From NCBI GenBank assembly GCA_937770485.1, contig CALJHX010000010.1, forward strand, positions 33,901 to 97,900: 64,000 nt of DNA, in the 5' to 3' direction. This DNA is from an uncultured Verrucomicrobiae bacterium (GTDB lineage Bacteria; Verrucomicrobiota; Verrucomicrobiia; Limisphaerales; UBA1096). Positions 43,013 to 53,867 of this stretch are shown piece after piece. A program made the position numbers and the translations under genes. How positions within the stretch are numbered: the first letter of the stretch is position 1; each line of letters opens with the position of its first letter. Below the pieces are notes generated by a model that saw only the letters and a list, made by a program, of their open reading frames with translations, ran no database searches and was not told where the DNA came from.

Positions 43013-46000
43013 TCAGCGTGTGACGCGGTAGAATCCCTGACCTCCCGCCGAAGTGACTTTGGCCGGGCTGCTGCCGCTGACAGGTGCCCAAGGGCCGTTC
43101 ACGTTGGCGGCTGTTTCCAGTTGGCCGTCGCCATCCCAAGTGATTGTGACGTTGTTGTCTGCCTGTGAAATAGCAAGGATAGCCGGCTCGGGCGGCGTGT
43201 TATCCTTGGCCTCAAGCGAGTAAACTTCAGCCCGCGTGATGTGCGCAAGCTTCGAGCCCCAAGTGGTTACCCCGTATCGGTTTCCGGCTGTCACCTCCTG
43301 GTCGCTCCAGTGCATTTCAGCCGACTGAGCTCCCTTTTTGATCTCGGTGGGTGTTGCGGGGAAATAGCTGTTACGCCACTGGTTCCAGACGTACAGCGGC
43401 TCATGCCCATTGATGACGAGGTGGTAGTTGCCGTTCTCAGACGTGAATGCAACGTCAAAGGGCCTGCCTCGCATATATGAGAAGGAGCGGTCACCCGTGA
43501 TGATATCGTGCCATGTGCCGTCGATCTTCCTACTGACATTGATGCCCCGCGGCAACGTGGAGCCCCCTTCAAGCGCCATGTCCTTGGTGTTTACGAAAAT
43601 GACCCGGGCGAAGTTGTTCTCGTCCTTGTAATCGTAAACAAAACCCATCCCGTCGATGGCGGTGAGATTATCGGTTGCGCTGAATGACTGGAAGCCAAAC
43701 TCGAGTAGGAAGTTCTCACTTTCAATCGCCGGCCCAATGAAAAGAGCCCCGTCGGCATCTGCTTTCAGGATGCTCTTGTTAGTGGGACTGGAGGTGTACA
43801 CGTTATTCATCTGGAAGAAACCACCATGGGCGCTGGATACCCAACCCCCGGCCAATGCCCCTCCCTTGGCGGGATCGGTCCATCCCTTAGGGAGTAGTGT
43901 CTGGTTGTCATGACCGTTCCATGCATCCTCAAACACGACCTTGTTTCCTACAGTGACGGTTACGTCCCTAAATAAGGCCCCTGAACCGACTGGAATATAG
44001 TCAGTGACCGTTGTAGTGGCAGTGGAACCCTGACGAGCAAAACCAACCCCTGCTCGCCCCGATGCCAAGCTGTCATCCTTGAACGACGCAATCTCGGAGT
44101 AATCAGAGTCAAAGTCTTCCAGGTCGATTGGGTCGAACGGGACGGCTTCCACCGTGAACGCGTTGCCCTTGGCTGTAACCTTTAGCTTGATCATTTTCAG
44201 CACGTCATCCTCCGGGTCAGGAGTCAAATAGTTCTCGTTCCACTCGTCATATTCGTCGATCAAGGTATACACCCCATTGACCCTCTTCTGAATGCTCAAC
44301 CCGACCTGCGGCCAGGCAGCACCGGCGTCGTTTCCTGACAGTGAAACACGATACCAGTTTTCCTCATTCTGATAACGGAAATAGAGACAGCTTGTGTTCA
44401 AGTCCCCGACCACAACCGTAGCTTCGTAGGTGCCGTCCTTCCAATCCTCCTCCCAGACCGAATCCTTCAGGATGATCTTTTGCCCCTCCCAGTCGGTATA
44501 TTCATTATCCTCAGAGGCTCCAACGAAGGTGCCGCTATTCTCCCAGATGCCCTTAAATCCATCACCAAAATCAGCCAAACTCATTCGGCCAGCGGTGAAA
44601 GGATTCGATACACTCGTGTTCTCCCAGTTGGATGGGACCGCGTACAACAGCACCTCTGCTGACCCGGGATTAGTGCGGCGGCGATATTCGTCGATGTTGC
44701 TCACACCATCACCGTCACTGTCATCGTCCGCCTTGCCTGCCAGGTCACCGATGTATTTCTTCTCCCAGTCATCATCCATCCCATCACGGTCCGAGTCCGG
44801 GCGAAAGACCGCCGTCAGGTTTAGTGGCTGATTAGTGTAAACTGTCAGTTTTTTATTCTTACTACTCACGCTCCCATACCAACCGTCAAACATGTGACCG
44901 GTACTGGGCAGTGCATTGACGACCAGCTTGGTGCCCTCCTTGTACCACTTGGTACTTCCACCACTGAACTTCCCGCCGCCATCCGCTTCGATGTTGACCT
45001 TGACCTCGGTTTTCCAATTCCATGTGAGCGAAGAGGCCTGCTTGATGACAAAGTTTAACCTCGGGTTCCCCGGTAAAAACCAGATCCCACCCTTTGGAGC
45101 GGAGCCTGTACCACTCCACCCGGTCACCTTCCGCCGATAACCCGGAATATCCTCGATAGGACTCTGGACCGTCGCGACAACCTTTGACCCTGGTTCAAAG
45201 TTGCTCAGGCCAGCGGCAGGACTGGGTTTACCGAAGTCGCTGAACGTCTCGAACGGAATGCCGGAGATCTCCTCCACCTTGATGTGGTGAATGTCCAGCA
45301 AACGCTGGGAGAAACTGAAAAAACCGACCTTCCCAGAATCCACACCCGTGATCTCTATAGGGCCATAGTTAAACACCTTCGCCGCCCCGTTCGGGTCGCT
45401 TACGATGGTGAACTCCACCTGGTTCCCCGAGACTGTCAGAGAGAGATCAAAAGTGCTCTTGTCAGCCTGACCGCTGGGGACGAATTTCTTCGTTGAAAAC
45501 GCGGCTCCTTTTTCCCAGAACACTTCGGACCATTCACCGTTGACAACTTTCTGGATGGACACGCCCTGACGCGGCAAGCCGTCGCCGGGATTCCGACTCG
45601 AAAAGGAAAGCCGATAAAAATTCTCCGGATCCTTGTACCGAAAAACCACCCCATGCCCATTGACCCAGCATCCTGTGAAGGCGCAGTGGGGATAGGGATG
45701 AAGCTTTGTCGAAATGCGGTAGTCCTTCCACTTCGCATCCCCTGTCACCAGCATGCCTGAAGTCCAGTCGATGTTGCTGTTATAGTCTTCATCAGCTACC
45801 TCGATTTCGAGGCCGATCAGGCCGCTATTACTCGATTCACTTAAAATGCCCCCTGCCGATGAATCGCTGGTCACGCCAACGCTCCACAGCGGGTAACCAT
45901 CATTCCCTCCCTCCAGCACATCATTTTCATCGCTATTCAGGGGAATCACTTCTTCCCACCCATCCAGCGGGTTGGGAATTGTGACTGACTTCCCGAGTAC

Positions 46001-46708
46001 CGAGATATCGCTGAAGTGGGATCCGGAAGGGATTCCTCCGCTCTGCTCCCAACTGGCCAGACCTACGTTGCCGACCGCTTCCTCGGCGATTGTAAGGTTG
46101 TTGACCAGTTCATACTCGGTCCCGTCCTCCTCGGGGTCATCCACCACGGTAATGGTTAATTTCTTTCCACTAGCCTTAATCGTTACTTCAAACGGATAAC
46201 CCTGCATGTACATGAACTCCGGATCCCAATCATCAGTGTAATCGTCCCCAGCCAAGCGGACGCCTTTACCGTTCACAACGTGTTCCAGCAACCAGCCCTC
46301 ACCCGGGAATGTGTTGCGCTCCGGTTGCGAGGCAAACATGATTCGGTAAAAGTTCGACGAATCCTTGTAGCCAAACACCAGTCCGATGCCATCGTCATCT
46401 CCGCTTAGCAACAGGGCTTTGTAGCTGAAATCCGCCCCGGTCTTGGCGTCGTTGATCAACATACCTGCCGTGTCAGCGGCCTTGACGTTGCTGTTCTCAA
46501 ATAGAGTGTCGCCCCCAGGACCAACCTGCCAACGGGTGGAGCCATTGAAGGATCCCGGTGGGTTCACCACGGTCCAATCCTCGAAGCCGGAGGAAAAGTC
46601 TTCCTCCAATAATGTCTGGGCTGTCACCGACGAAAAGACGGTCATTAGTGTGGCAAGCGCAAAAAGGCGCAAACTTGCTGTCTTTGTTTTAAGCGTTTCA
46701 GTCATCAT
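43013..46708 (-). CDS. Large secreted protein with repeated lectin-like (thrombospondin C-terminal-like) domains, InlB-B-like repeat, DxDxDG repeats and shared C-terminal domain
   Basis: Signal peptide; four copies of the (G)xVF(G/R/D)Y(K/Q)DxxN(F/W)YR-like motif; DSDRDG/DSDGDG; ends LETAANVNGPW...FYRVTR. Confidence 0.75.
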   Translation of the reverse strand: MMTETLKTKTASLRLFALATLMTVFSSVTAQTLLEEDFSSGFEDWTVVNPPGSFNGSTRWQVGPGGDTLFENSNVKAADTAGMLINDAKTGADFSYKALLLSGDDDGIGLVFGYKDSSNFYRIMFASQPERNTFPGEGWLLEHVVNGKGVRLAGDDYTDDWDPEFMYMQGYPFEVTIKASGKKLTITVVDDPEEDGTEYELVNNLTIAEEAVGNVGLASWEQSGGIPSGSHFSDISVLGKSVTIPNPLDGWEEVIPLNSDENDVLEGGNDGYPLWSVGVTSDSSAGGILSESSNSGLIGLEIEVADEDYNSNIDWTSGMLVTGDAKWKDYRISTKLHPYPHCAFTGCWVNGHGVVFRYKDPENFYRLSFSSRNPGDGLPRQGVSIQKVVNGEWSEVFWEKGAAFSTKKFVPSGQADKSTFDLSLTVSGNQVEFTIVSDPNGAAKVFNYGPIEITGVDSGKVGFFSFSQRLLDIHHIKVEEISGIPFETFSDFGKPSPAAGLSNFEPGSKVVATVQSPIEDIPGYRRKVTGWSGTGSAPKGGIWFLPGNPRLNFVIKQASSLTWNWKTEVKVNIEADGGGKFSGGSTKWYKEGTKLVVNALPSTGHMFDGWYGSVSSKNKKLTVYTNQPLNLTAVFRPDSDRDGMDDDWEKKYIGDLAGKADDDSDGDGVSNIDEYRRRTNPGSAEVLLYAVPSNWENTSVSNPFTAGRMSLADFGDGFKGIWENSGTFVGASEDNEYTDWEGQKIILKDSVWEEDWKDGTYEATVVVGDLNTSCLYFRYQNEENWYRVSLSGNDAGAAWPQVGLSIQKRVNGVYTLIDEYDEWNENYLTPDPEDDVLKMIKLKVTAKGNAFTVEAVPFDPIDLEDFDSDYSEIASFKDDSLASGRAGVGFARQGSTATTTVTDYIPVGSGALFRDVTVTVGNKVVFEDAWNGHDNQTLLPKGWTDPAKGGALAGGWVSSAHGGFFQMNNVYTSSPTNKSILKADADGALFIGPAIESENFLLEFGFQSFSATDNLTAIDGMGFVYDYKDENNFARVIFVNTKDMALEGGSTLPRGINVSRKIDGTWHDIITGDRSFSYMRGRPFDVAFTSENGNYHLVINGHEPLYVWNQWRNSYFPATPTEIKKGAQSAEMHWSDQEVTAGNRYGVTTWGSKLAHITRAEVYSLEAKDNTPPEPAILAISQADNNVTITWDGDGQLETAANVNGPWAPVSGSSPAKVTSAGGQGFYRVTR

Positions 46709-46823
46709 AATGCTGGAATAAAGGGGTTTTTTTGGAGATAATTCGCTTTCGTTACTTTCACCCTAAAAAAGGGGGGAGGCAACACTATTGGGCGTTTTGA
46801 ATCACGACAACCTTTTTTTGAGC

Positions 46824-47525
46824 ATGAATACCATTTTTTTATCAAATCATTTCTTGGTGCCGGCTCTTGCCGGCGCGGCCCTACTCACCGCCGGTTGCTC
46901 CGAAACAAAGGCGCCACAAGCCCCGCGAATGACCAACGGCGTCCCCCTGGCTCTCGACGACGAACTGCAAAACCAGAAAGACGGTAAGTGGTACTGGCGA
47001 GATACCACCAATCTGTTCGCTGGTATCGAAATTCGTCACCACCCTAGCGGATTGGTCATGCAACAGTTGCCTATGACTAACGGCGTCGCCCAAGGGCGAC
47101 GCCTTCGCTGGCATCCCAACGGACAAATGGAGAGTCAAGGTCGGTACGAAAACGGCATGCGTACTGGCATGTGGGTCACGTGGTATGCAAACGGAGTAAA
47201 GGACAAGCAGGGAACATTTCTAAACGGTAAACCCAATGGACCTCAAACTTTTTGGCACACCAACGGGGTCAAGTCAGTCGAGTGGCATTACAAGGAGGGC
47301 TATCCCAATGGCGAAATGAAATCGTACCACGACAACGGCCAATTGAAGCAGCACGGATTCTACGAAACCAACCGGCAACACGGCAAATGGACTGCCTGGG
47401 ATGAAAACGGGAGCAAGGTCAGAGAGGCACTGTTCCAGAAGGGTGACCTGATAAAAGATAAAGAATTTGAAGACTCAACGGAGAACAACGAGGCCAAGCC
47501 GGCGCCTCAAGGCTCCGACGGGTAG
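46824..47525 (+). CDS. MORN-variant repeat lipoprotein (YwqK-like repeats)
   Basis: LTAGC lipobox; repeats WHPNGQ..GRYENG, WYANG..GTFLNG, YHDNGQ; start ATG 46824. Confidence 0.85.
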   Translation: MNTIFLSNHFLVPALAGAALLTAGCSETKAPQAPRMTNGVPLALDDELQNQKDGKWYWRDTTNLFAGIEIRHHPSGLVMQQLPMTNGVAQGRRLRWHPNGQMESQGRYENGMRTGMWVTWYANGVKDKQGTFLNGKPNGPQTFWHTNGVKSVEWHYKEGYPNGEMKSYHDNGQLKQHGFYETNRQHGKWTAWDENGSKVREALFQKGDLIKDKEFEDSTENNEAKPAPQGSDG

Positions 47526-50500
47526 GACAGCACCGCTTCCATCTGGCCAGGATTGAGAGGGACGGTTGTTTTCTTTCCGCTTGGCCAAGCAGCCTCGACC
47601 GCCACCGCCTCCCCTGCCTCCCCCAGCACCTGCGTCGTGCCGTTTGCCGACCGATAACCGGCAACCGCCTGCACCACGCGCACCGGCCCCTTGGTTCCGT
47701 CCGCATAACACAGCCGCAGGCATACCCCCACCCCGTTGGTTTCGCCGTCGATGCGCACCCGCAAGCCTCTGGCCTCCGCTTGGTTTCGGAACAACCGCGT
47801 CTGCGCCCCGTTTTGTGTGACAACCAGATCCACCCGCCCGTCATGGTCGAAGTCCGCCAACGCCGCGCCGCGCTGCTCGCCATCAACTCGCACGCCCGAC
47901 TCGCTTGGCTTAAGCGGCCGAAACGTCCCGTCCCCCCGGCCAAGCATCCACAGCCCGGTGCCCGCGTCGTTCCTCGGATCCTCCGGTCGGACGGCGAAAA
48001 AGTTCTGGCTGAAAAACAAATCGTCATTCCCGTCGGCATCGACGTCGCTGACGCAAACCGCAAACGCCGGTGAGAGTTGAACTGCCATCGGCAGCGGCAC
48101 CGGCTCGAAACGGTCGCCCCTGTTGATGAACAGCGTGGTATCCAAATGGTTGACCTCCATTTTTTTCAGGCGCGCAAACGCCGGCCCGGCGATACCCTTT
48201 ATCCCCGCCCTGACCATTTCGGCGTGCACCGGAAAACGGCTCCCCAAATCCGGCAGCCCCTTTTCCAATGCATGACGGTCGCGCACCGGCAGCCATCTCC
48301 CGCCGACCCGCACGGCCTCCAGTTGCTCGACCGTTCCGTTGCCGTCCACGTCTCCGACGAACAAGGCCAGGCGCGACTCGCCGCCATCCTCGCGTAGTAG
48401 CGTCTCGTAAAAACTGTTGCGGCCCCAGTTGGTGGCGATGATGTCGAGTCGTCCGTCGTTGTTTGCATCGATCATCGCGACGCCGTTCCACCAACCGCGA
48501 TAGTCGGCCAAGCCAAGCGCATCAGTACGCTCGGTGAACAGGCCATCGTCGTTTCGGAACACCCGCACCGGCCCCCACTCGGTGGCCAAGGCCAAGTCAG
48601 CATCACCGTCGCCATCGAGGTCGGCCGCGGCCGAGCCGTTCACCCTCTCCACCGTTTCAAGTGGGTTGGCCCAAGCCGGAACCTCGACCGGTGAACCATC
48701 CATCTTTTTGAACCGGCCAGCTGTGTTGCCAAAAAGTTGGAGCCCACTTTCCGCCACGATGGCCAAGTCCTCCCAGCCGTCACGGTCGACGTCCAGCCAC
48801 GCCACGCCCGGCCCCGCCTGACTGGTGCGGCGCGGCAGCAACGGCTCATCGACGAAATCGCTGACGGGCAACTGCTCATGACGATGGCTGAGTCGCTCAC
48901 TGACATCCTCAAAAATCGGCGTGAGCGCGGTCGTTACGATTGGCTTGGCCTTGGCCTCCGGTTCGTGAATCTCGTACAGTCGGTTGGCCTTCACGTCCTC
49001 CAGAACCGACCGCCCGCCGGCGCGCCAAAGCACCTCGAGCCGGTGCGGCTCGCCCGGGGCCATCGCAAAAACGCGCAGCGGATCGTCGCTGCTCAAGTAC
49101 CGACCGCCGGCCATTATTTCCTGAGACAAGACACTTACCCCGTTGGCCAGGCGAATGCGGGCGCCGATTCCAAACCGGTTGCCGCCTCGCCCGCGCAATC
49201 GCACCGCCACCCTTGGCTTGCTGCTGTCGTTGCGGTACAGCCCCGCCGCCTGGTTCAGGTTGTTGATCACCACGTCCTGATCGCCGTCGTTGTCGAGATC
49301 AGCCAGCGCCATCCCATACGACACGCCCACGTGATCGAACCCCCAGTCGCTCGATGCCGGCGCAAACTTCAAGCCGCCAACGTTGCGGAAGGCGGCGTTG
49401 GCGCTTGGCCAAGCGGGGCGATGTTTACGCAGCCGCTTCAACTCGGCGGTCGGCAGCTTCCTTGCGTTTTGAATCGCCAAGACCCGCTGTTTGCTGTCGA
49501 TGTCCATCGTATCGAAGCTGAACCCGTTGGTGATGAGGACATCCTCAAGGCCATCGAGATCGACATCCATGAACGCCGCGGCCCACGACCAGTCACTCGC
49601 TTCGAGCCCAGCGTAGTTGGCGGCTTCCAACCAGGTGTCGTCTCCTCGTGACACCAACAGCGCGTTGCGATTGTAGCGCGGCCGGCCGTCGAATTTGCCG
49701 ACCACGATCGGGATCGGTTTTTCCTTGTCAAGATGCACCAGCCGCCGCGCCTGCTGTCGGGCGAGCATGTCCAGCAGCAGGAAATCGTCGTGGCCGTCTT
49801 GGTTGATGTCAGCGAAGTCGATGCCCATCGAGGAGCGGCTCGTGTGGCGGACGGCTAGCCTCGGCACCGCCCTGAACCGGCCGCGACCGTCGTTAATCCA
49901 AAACCGGTCGGGACTGCTGAAGTCGTTGCACACATACAGGTCCGGCGCGAGGTCGCCGTTGACATCGCGAAACGCCACGGCCAGGCCCCAGTCGCGTTCG
50001 GCGGCAAACGGCTGGCCATCCTCGTCGGTGAAGCTACCCTGCTCGAACACCATTTTTTGAAACTTGCCGGTGCCGTCGTTCAGGTAAAAACAATCACGCT
50101 CCGGCAGCTCCTTGACCATACCGTCCGGCGTCACGAGGAACCTATCTCGAAACCGCGCCTTAAACGTGGACTGCCCGTTGACGCGAGTGACCACCCACCC
50201 GCCATCCCGCCGCCCCAGCGTGAACCGAGTGGTCAAGTCAGCGATGTATATCACGTCGATGTAATTGGCCACGTACAGGTCGAGGTCGCCGTCGCCGTCC
50301 ACGTCGCTCAGCGCCATGCTCATCGCCGCGCCCCCATTCGCCAAGCCGGTGTCGGCCGGCTCAGAGAACCGGCCCCGGCCGTCGTTCACGAACAACCGCG
50401 TGCCGGCGGTGATCCCGTTGACCAGCAAGTCGGTATGGCCATCGCCGTTGACATCGGCGAACACCGCACCGGTGGAGAGTTGCCCGGCGCAACTGACCCC

Positions 50501-50896
50501 GGACGCATCGGTAATATCAACGAACTTCCAATCTCCGAGGTTCCGGTAAAGTCGATTTGCTCCCTGCAGATTGGCGAAATAAAGATCACACAAACCGTCG
50601 CCGTCCACGTCGGAGGCGGCCACCCCCGCGCCGTTGTGAGCCACGGCATTGGTGAGGAACATTTCGCCGAACAATCGGTTGGTGAAACTCAAACCGGTGA
50701 GTGCCGGCGGCAGGAGTTCAAAACCGGCGGCGCGCGTTCCCGAAACACCTAGCGGGGCGCTTCGATAACCCGGGCCGTTGTCCCATGCCAAGTCGGCTGC
50801 CGGGAGGCCAAGCGGATACAACGCCAGGCAGACAAAACCGGTCAGACACAATGCCGCAAGGGCGCGTTTGGCCAAGCGTGGTTCCGGAAGCGTCAT
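47507..50896 (-). CDS. CRTAC1/ASPIC-UnbV family FG-GAP repeat protein
   Basis: Many DxDGDGxxDL repeats, WSWAAAFMDVDLDG, NRFGIGARI..GGRYLSSD (ASPIC/UnbV); start likely MTLPEP at 50896. Confidence 0.9.
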   Translation of the reverse strand: MTLPEPRLAKRALAALCLTGFVCLALYPLGLPAADLAWDNGPGYRSAPLGVSGTRAAGFELLPPALTGLSFTNRLFGEMFLTNAVAHNGAGVAASDVDGDGLCDLYFANLQGANRLYRNLGDWKFVDITDASGVSCAGQLSTGAVFADVNGDGHTDLLVNGITAGTRLFVNDGRGRFSEPADTGLANGGAAMSMALSDVDGDGDLDLYVANYIDVIYIADLTTRFTLGRRDGGWVVTRVNGQSTFKARFRDRFLVTPDGMVKELPERDCFYLNDGTGKFQKMVFEQGSFTDEDGQPFAAERDWGLAVAFRDVNGDLAPDLYVCNDFSSPDRFWINDGRGRFRAVPRLAVRHTSRSSMGIDFADINQDGHDDFLLLDMLARQQARRLVHLDKEKPIPIVVGKFDGRPRYNRNALLVSRGDDTWLEAANYAGLEASDWSWAAAFMDVDLDGLEDVLITNGFSFDTMDIDSKQRVLAIQNARKLPTAELKRLRKHRPAWPSANAAFRNVGGLKFAPASSDWGFDHVGVSYGMALADLDNDGDQDVVINNLNQAAGLYRNDSSKPRVAVRLRGRGGNRFGIGARIRLANGVSVLSQEIMAGGRYLSSDDPLRVFAMAPGEPHRLEVLWRAGGRSVLEDVKANRLYEIHEPEAKAKPIVTTALTPIFEDVSERLSHRHEQLPVSDFVDEPLLPRRTSQAGPGVAWLDVDRDGWEDLAIVAESGLQLFGNTAGRFKKMDGSPVEVPAWANPLETVERVNGSAAADLDGDGDADLALATEWGPVRVFRNDDGLFTERTDALGLADYRGWWNGVAMIDANNDGRLDIIATNWGRNSFYETLLREDGGESRLALFVGDVDGNGTVEQLEAVRVGGRWLPVRDRHALEKGLPDLGSRFPVHAEMVRAGIKGIAGPAFARLKKMEVNHLDTTLFINRGDRFEPVPLPMAVQLSPAFAVCVSDVDADGNDDLFFSQNFFAVRPEDPRNDAGTGLWMLGRGDGTFRPLKPSESGVRVDGEQRGAALADFDHDGRVDLVVTQNGAQTRLFRNQAEARGLRVRIDGETNGVGVCLRLCYADGTKGPVRVVQAVAGYRSANGTTQVLGEAGEAVAVEAAWPSGKKTTVPLNPGQMEAVLSYPSEP

Positions 50897-50979
50897 CGCC
50901 CCCATCAAGCCCCAAACCGGGGCCAAGGCCAACGCAAAAGCGCCGCTTGGCCAAGCGGATGGAGGGCCCACTGCCCTGC

Positions 50980-53741
50980 TCACCTCGCCTCAAACACTTT
51001 CAGCTCCGCATCGTTTACGGTCACGACAATATCGAGCTTAGAGTCCCCGTTAAGGTCGATCAGTGCAATCCTCCGGGCATCCCCGGGCACGACAAGGCCG
51101 GACTCACGGGGCCAGACGGGATAAAAGCCCCCCAAGCCGTCGACCTTGAGAAGCAGACTGACGCCCCCATCCATGTTGCCGGTTTCTCGCTGCGGGCTAC
51201 CTGAGTTGCCGACGATGTAGATGTCCGGTTTGTCGTCGTTGGTCAAATCATGAACGACGATGCCGCTTACGGGAAAGGCTTGGGCAATGCGGGGTAGCTG
51301 CACAAAAGAGAAACGGCCATCGCCATCGTTCATAAAGATGCCGGACACCAGCGTGTTCGCCTCGTAACGGCACGCCTTGTCCAGACGGGATTGCGAGTAA
51401 ATGGATTCGAGTGATTTGATCGCAAAAGAGTGGAAGGTCGGCAACTTGGCCCTCAAGCCTGGCATGGCATGGTTCGAGCAACTGTAACCACGATGGGGGA
51501 AACAGACTTCACCTTCGAACTTGGCCTCGAGGATTCGCTGCGTGCCCGTCCCGTCAAAATCACCGTAGAAAAGCAGCTCGGGCTTGGAAACAGTGGCCTT
51601 GTATTTCGTATTGAGACCGGTGTTTCCAGCGACCAGATCAATATCACCGTCGCCATCCAAGTCACCGGCAGCTAGGCTGCTCCACCAACCGGTAACTTTT
51701 TCCATACCCGACCCGGCCGAAACCCTGCGCAGGCTACCTTGAACATTTTGGATGACCTCGACCGGACCCCATTCAGTGGTCACGACCAGTTCCGGCCAAG
51801 CATCACCATTGGTATCTGCCCAGACGGCGGCTGTAACCATCCCCAACTCCCCAAGCCCAGCACCCGGCGCAATATCACTGAATCGCACAATGCCGTTACT
51901 GGAGTCGTTGCGGAGCAGGCAACTGCGCGGTGTCTCGGGATATTTGCCGGGAACAACTCGGCCGCCGACGAAAACGTCAAGATCCCCATCCTTGTCATAA
52001 TCAGCCACCGCAGCAGGGCCACCACTCGCCGAAACACCGGGCAGTGCATTATTTGGGGCCGCTGAAAAGTTGCCATTCCCGTCGTTCAAGTAGAGACGAT
52101 CCTTGAATACAGGTGAGCCCGCGCTGCCCTCGACGCCCCCGCTGACGACGTACAGGTCCGAGTCACCGTCATTGTCAGCATCAAAAAAAAGGGGCGTGAC
52201 ATCCTCGCATTCAGCGTGCTGCCTGAACGGACCCAAACCTCGCAACTCGAAAAGGTTTCCGGTTTTTCCCGGTTTAGACCTGCGAAAATAGATTCGCCCC
52301 GCGGTGCCTGCCGCCTGAGCGAGATAGAAATCCTCCAGACCGTCACCATCAACATCTGCAAAGGCAATGCCGGGGCCAAGCTGAGAATGTTTACCGGGGA
52401 GTAGCGGCTGCCGGGAAAAGTCGTCGAAAGGACGCTCACGATGGCGAACCCCTTTCAAACGATCAACTGCCACGAACAGGGATCTCCTTTCCTGGGATAG
52501 TTTCTCCTCCACTGAAACGGTAGCCGGCTCGGTGATTGTGTACCGCCTATTCGCCTTCAGGCTCTCAAAGGACTGATTGCGGCCGCTGGGCCATGTTACT
52601 GTCAGCGATTGGATTTCCTTTTGGTTGCCCAGGCCAAAGTGCAGGGCCGGCTCCGGGCAGGACATGAAGCCGCGAGCCGAGGTGAGATAGCGGGTCAATT
52701 TTTGATCCGTATTTACCAACCTAACTGCCACGGTGGAACCAATGCCAAACCGGTTGCTTGCCGTCCCAACAAGTTGCACAACAATCCGATGACCTGATGC
52801 ACCGGTGTTCTCGAAGATCGATGGAGGGCCGTCGAAGTTGTTCACCACCACATCTAGGTTTCCGTCCCCGTTCAGATCCGACAAAACGGAACCGAAACTA
52901 ACACTTTTACTGCCCAACTTCCACTCGGTAACACTCTCCCGCATTTTCAGCCCGGCCTGGTTTCAAAATACCCGGTTGGTTTGGAGAAGAGGTTTCTGCG
53001 CATACCAGAAGTCGTAATAACGATCCCAACCGTCCTTCGAGGGTGCCCTTGCACGGAGATCGCTGTTCAACCAGTCGCGGCTCAGGGAAAACGGTTCGTT
53101 GAGCAGCGAATCGGGGGCAGGAAGCCGGTTTGTAACAAGGAACAGATCCAGGTCACCATCCGGATCATAGTCCGCGAACGTGCCCACAATGATCGCTCCG
53201 CTAAAATCCACGCCAAGGTCATTGGCGCTTTCGACGAGTACACGCCCACCACCCTCAGGGCGGTTCAAATAGAGCCGGTTTGGACAGTCAAAACCGCACA
53301 CATAGAGGTCAAGCCAGCCGTCATTATCGACATCCGCCCATGAAGCACGGGTCGCCCAATTACCCGCGGGCGCTGGCGGTTTCAGAAGAGTCGATCTATT
53401 GGCAAACTGGAATTGCCCAGATTCCTGAATAACTGCCCGCCGTTGGTTTAACCTCAAATGAACAGATCAGGATAGCCGTCCTGGTCATAGTCTCCGGCAG
53501 CCACACCCGCCCCGGAAAAGGCATTCGTAAGCTGATCCCTGTGTTTCGCAGGCGGATTCCATCGGTGAACAAAGTCTATACCTGCTCCAGAGACATCAAT
53601 CGGCCGGAAAAGCTTCGAATGCTTTTGGCCAGTACCACCCATTTCGAGAGCTCTCTCCTGAAGTTGAGCGAACGGGTTTTGTTCGCCCGCGACAAGAAGG
53701 CTCAAAACGACGAGCTCAATGGAGCGCAAACGAGCTAACAA
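50980..53741 (-). pseudogene. Decayed CRTAC1/ASPIC-UnbV gene
   Basis: Three pieces; in-frame TGA at 52963-52965 (F*NQAGLK); two stops after GYPDLFI (53454 region) then TNGGQLFRNLGN and a frameshift; apparent internal deletion near 53080. Confidence 0.85.
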
Positions 53742-53867
53742 CTCGTGAGTGTAATCAAGTCACTTTCAAAAACAACCGATCAGTACCCCGTGGCGCAAAA
53801 ACTACATACCGACCCTGCGCCTAGCAAATGGTGAAGGATTCAGGCCTTCACCTTGGCTTCATGGGGG

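Noticed and set aside
46788-47525. YwqK-type antitoxin of a toxin-antitoxin pair
   Set aside because: Only generic MORN-variant repeats on a lipoprotein; no adjacent toxin.
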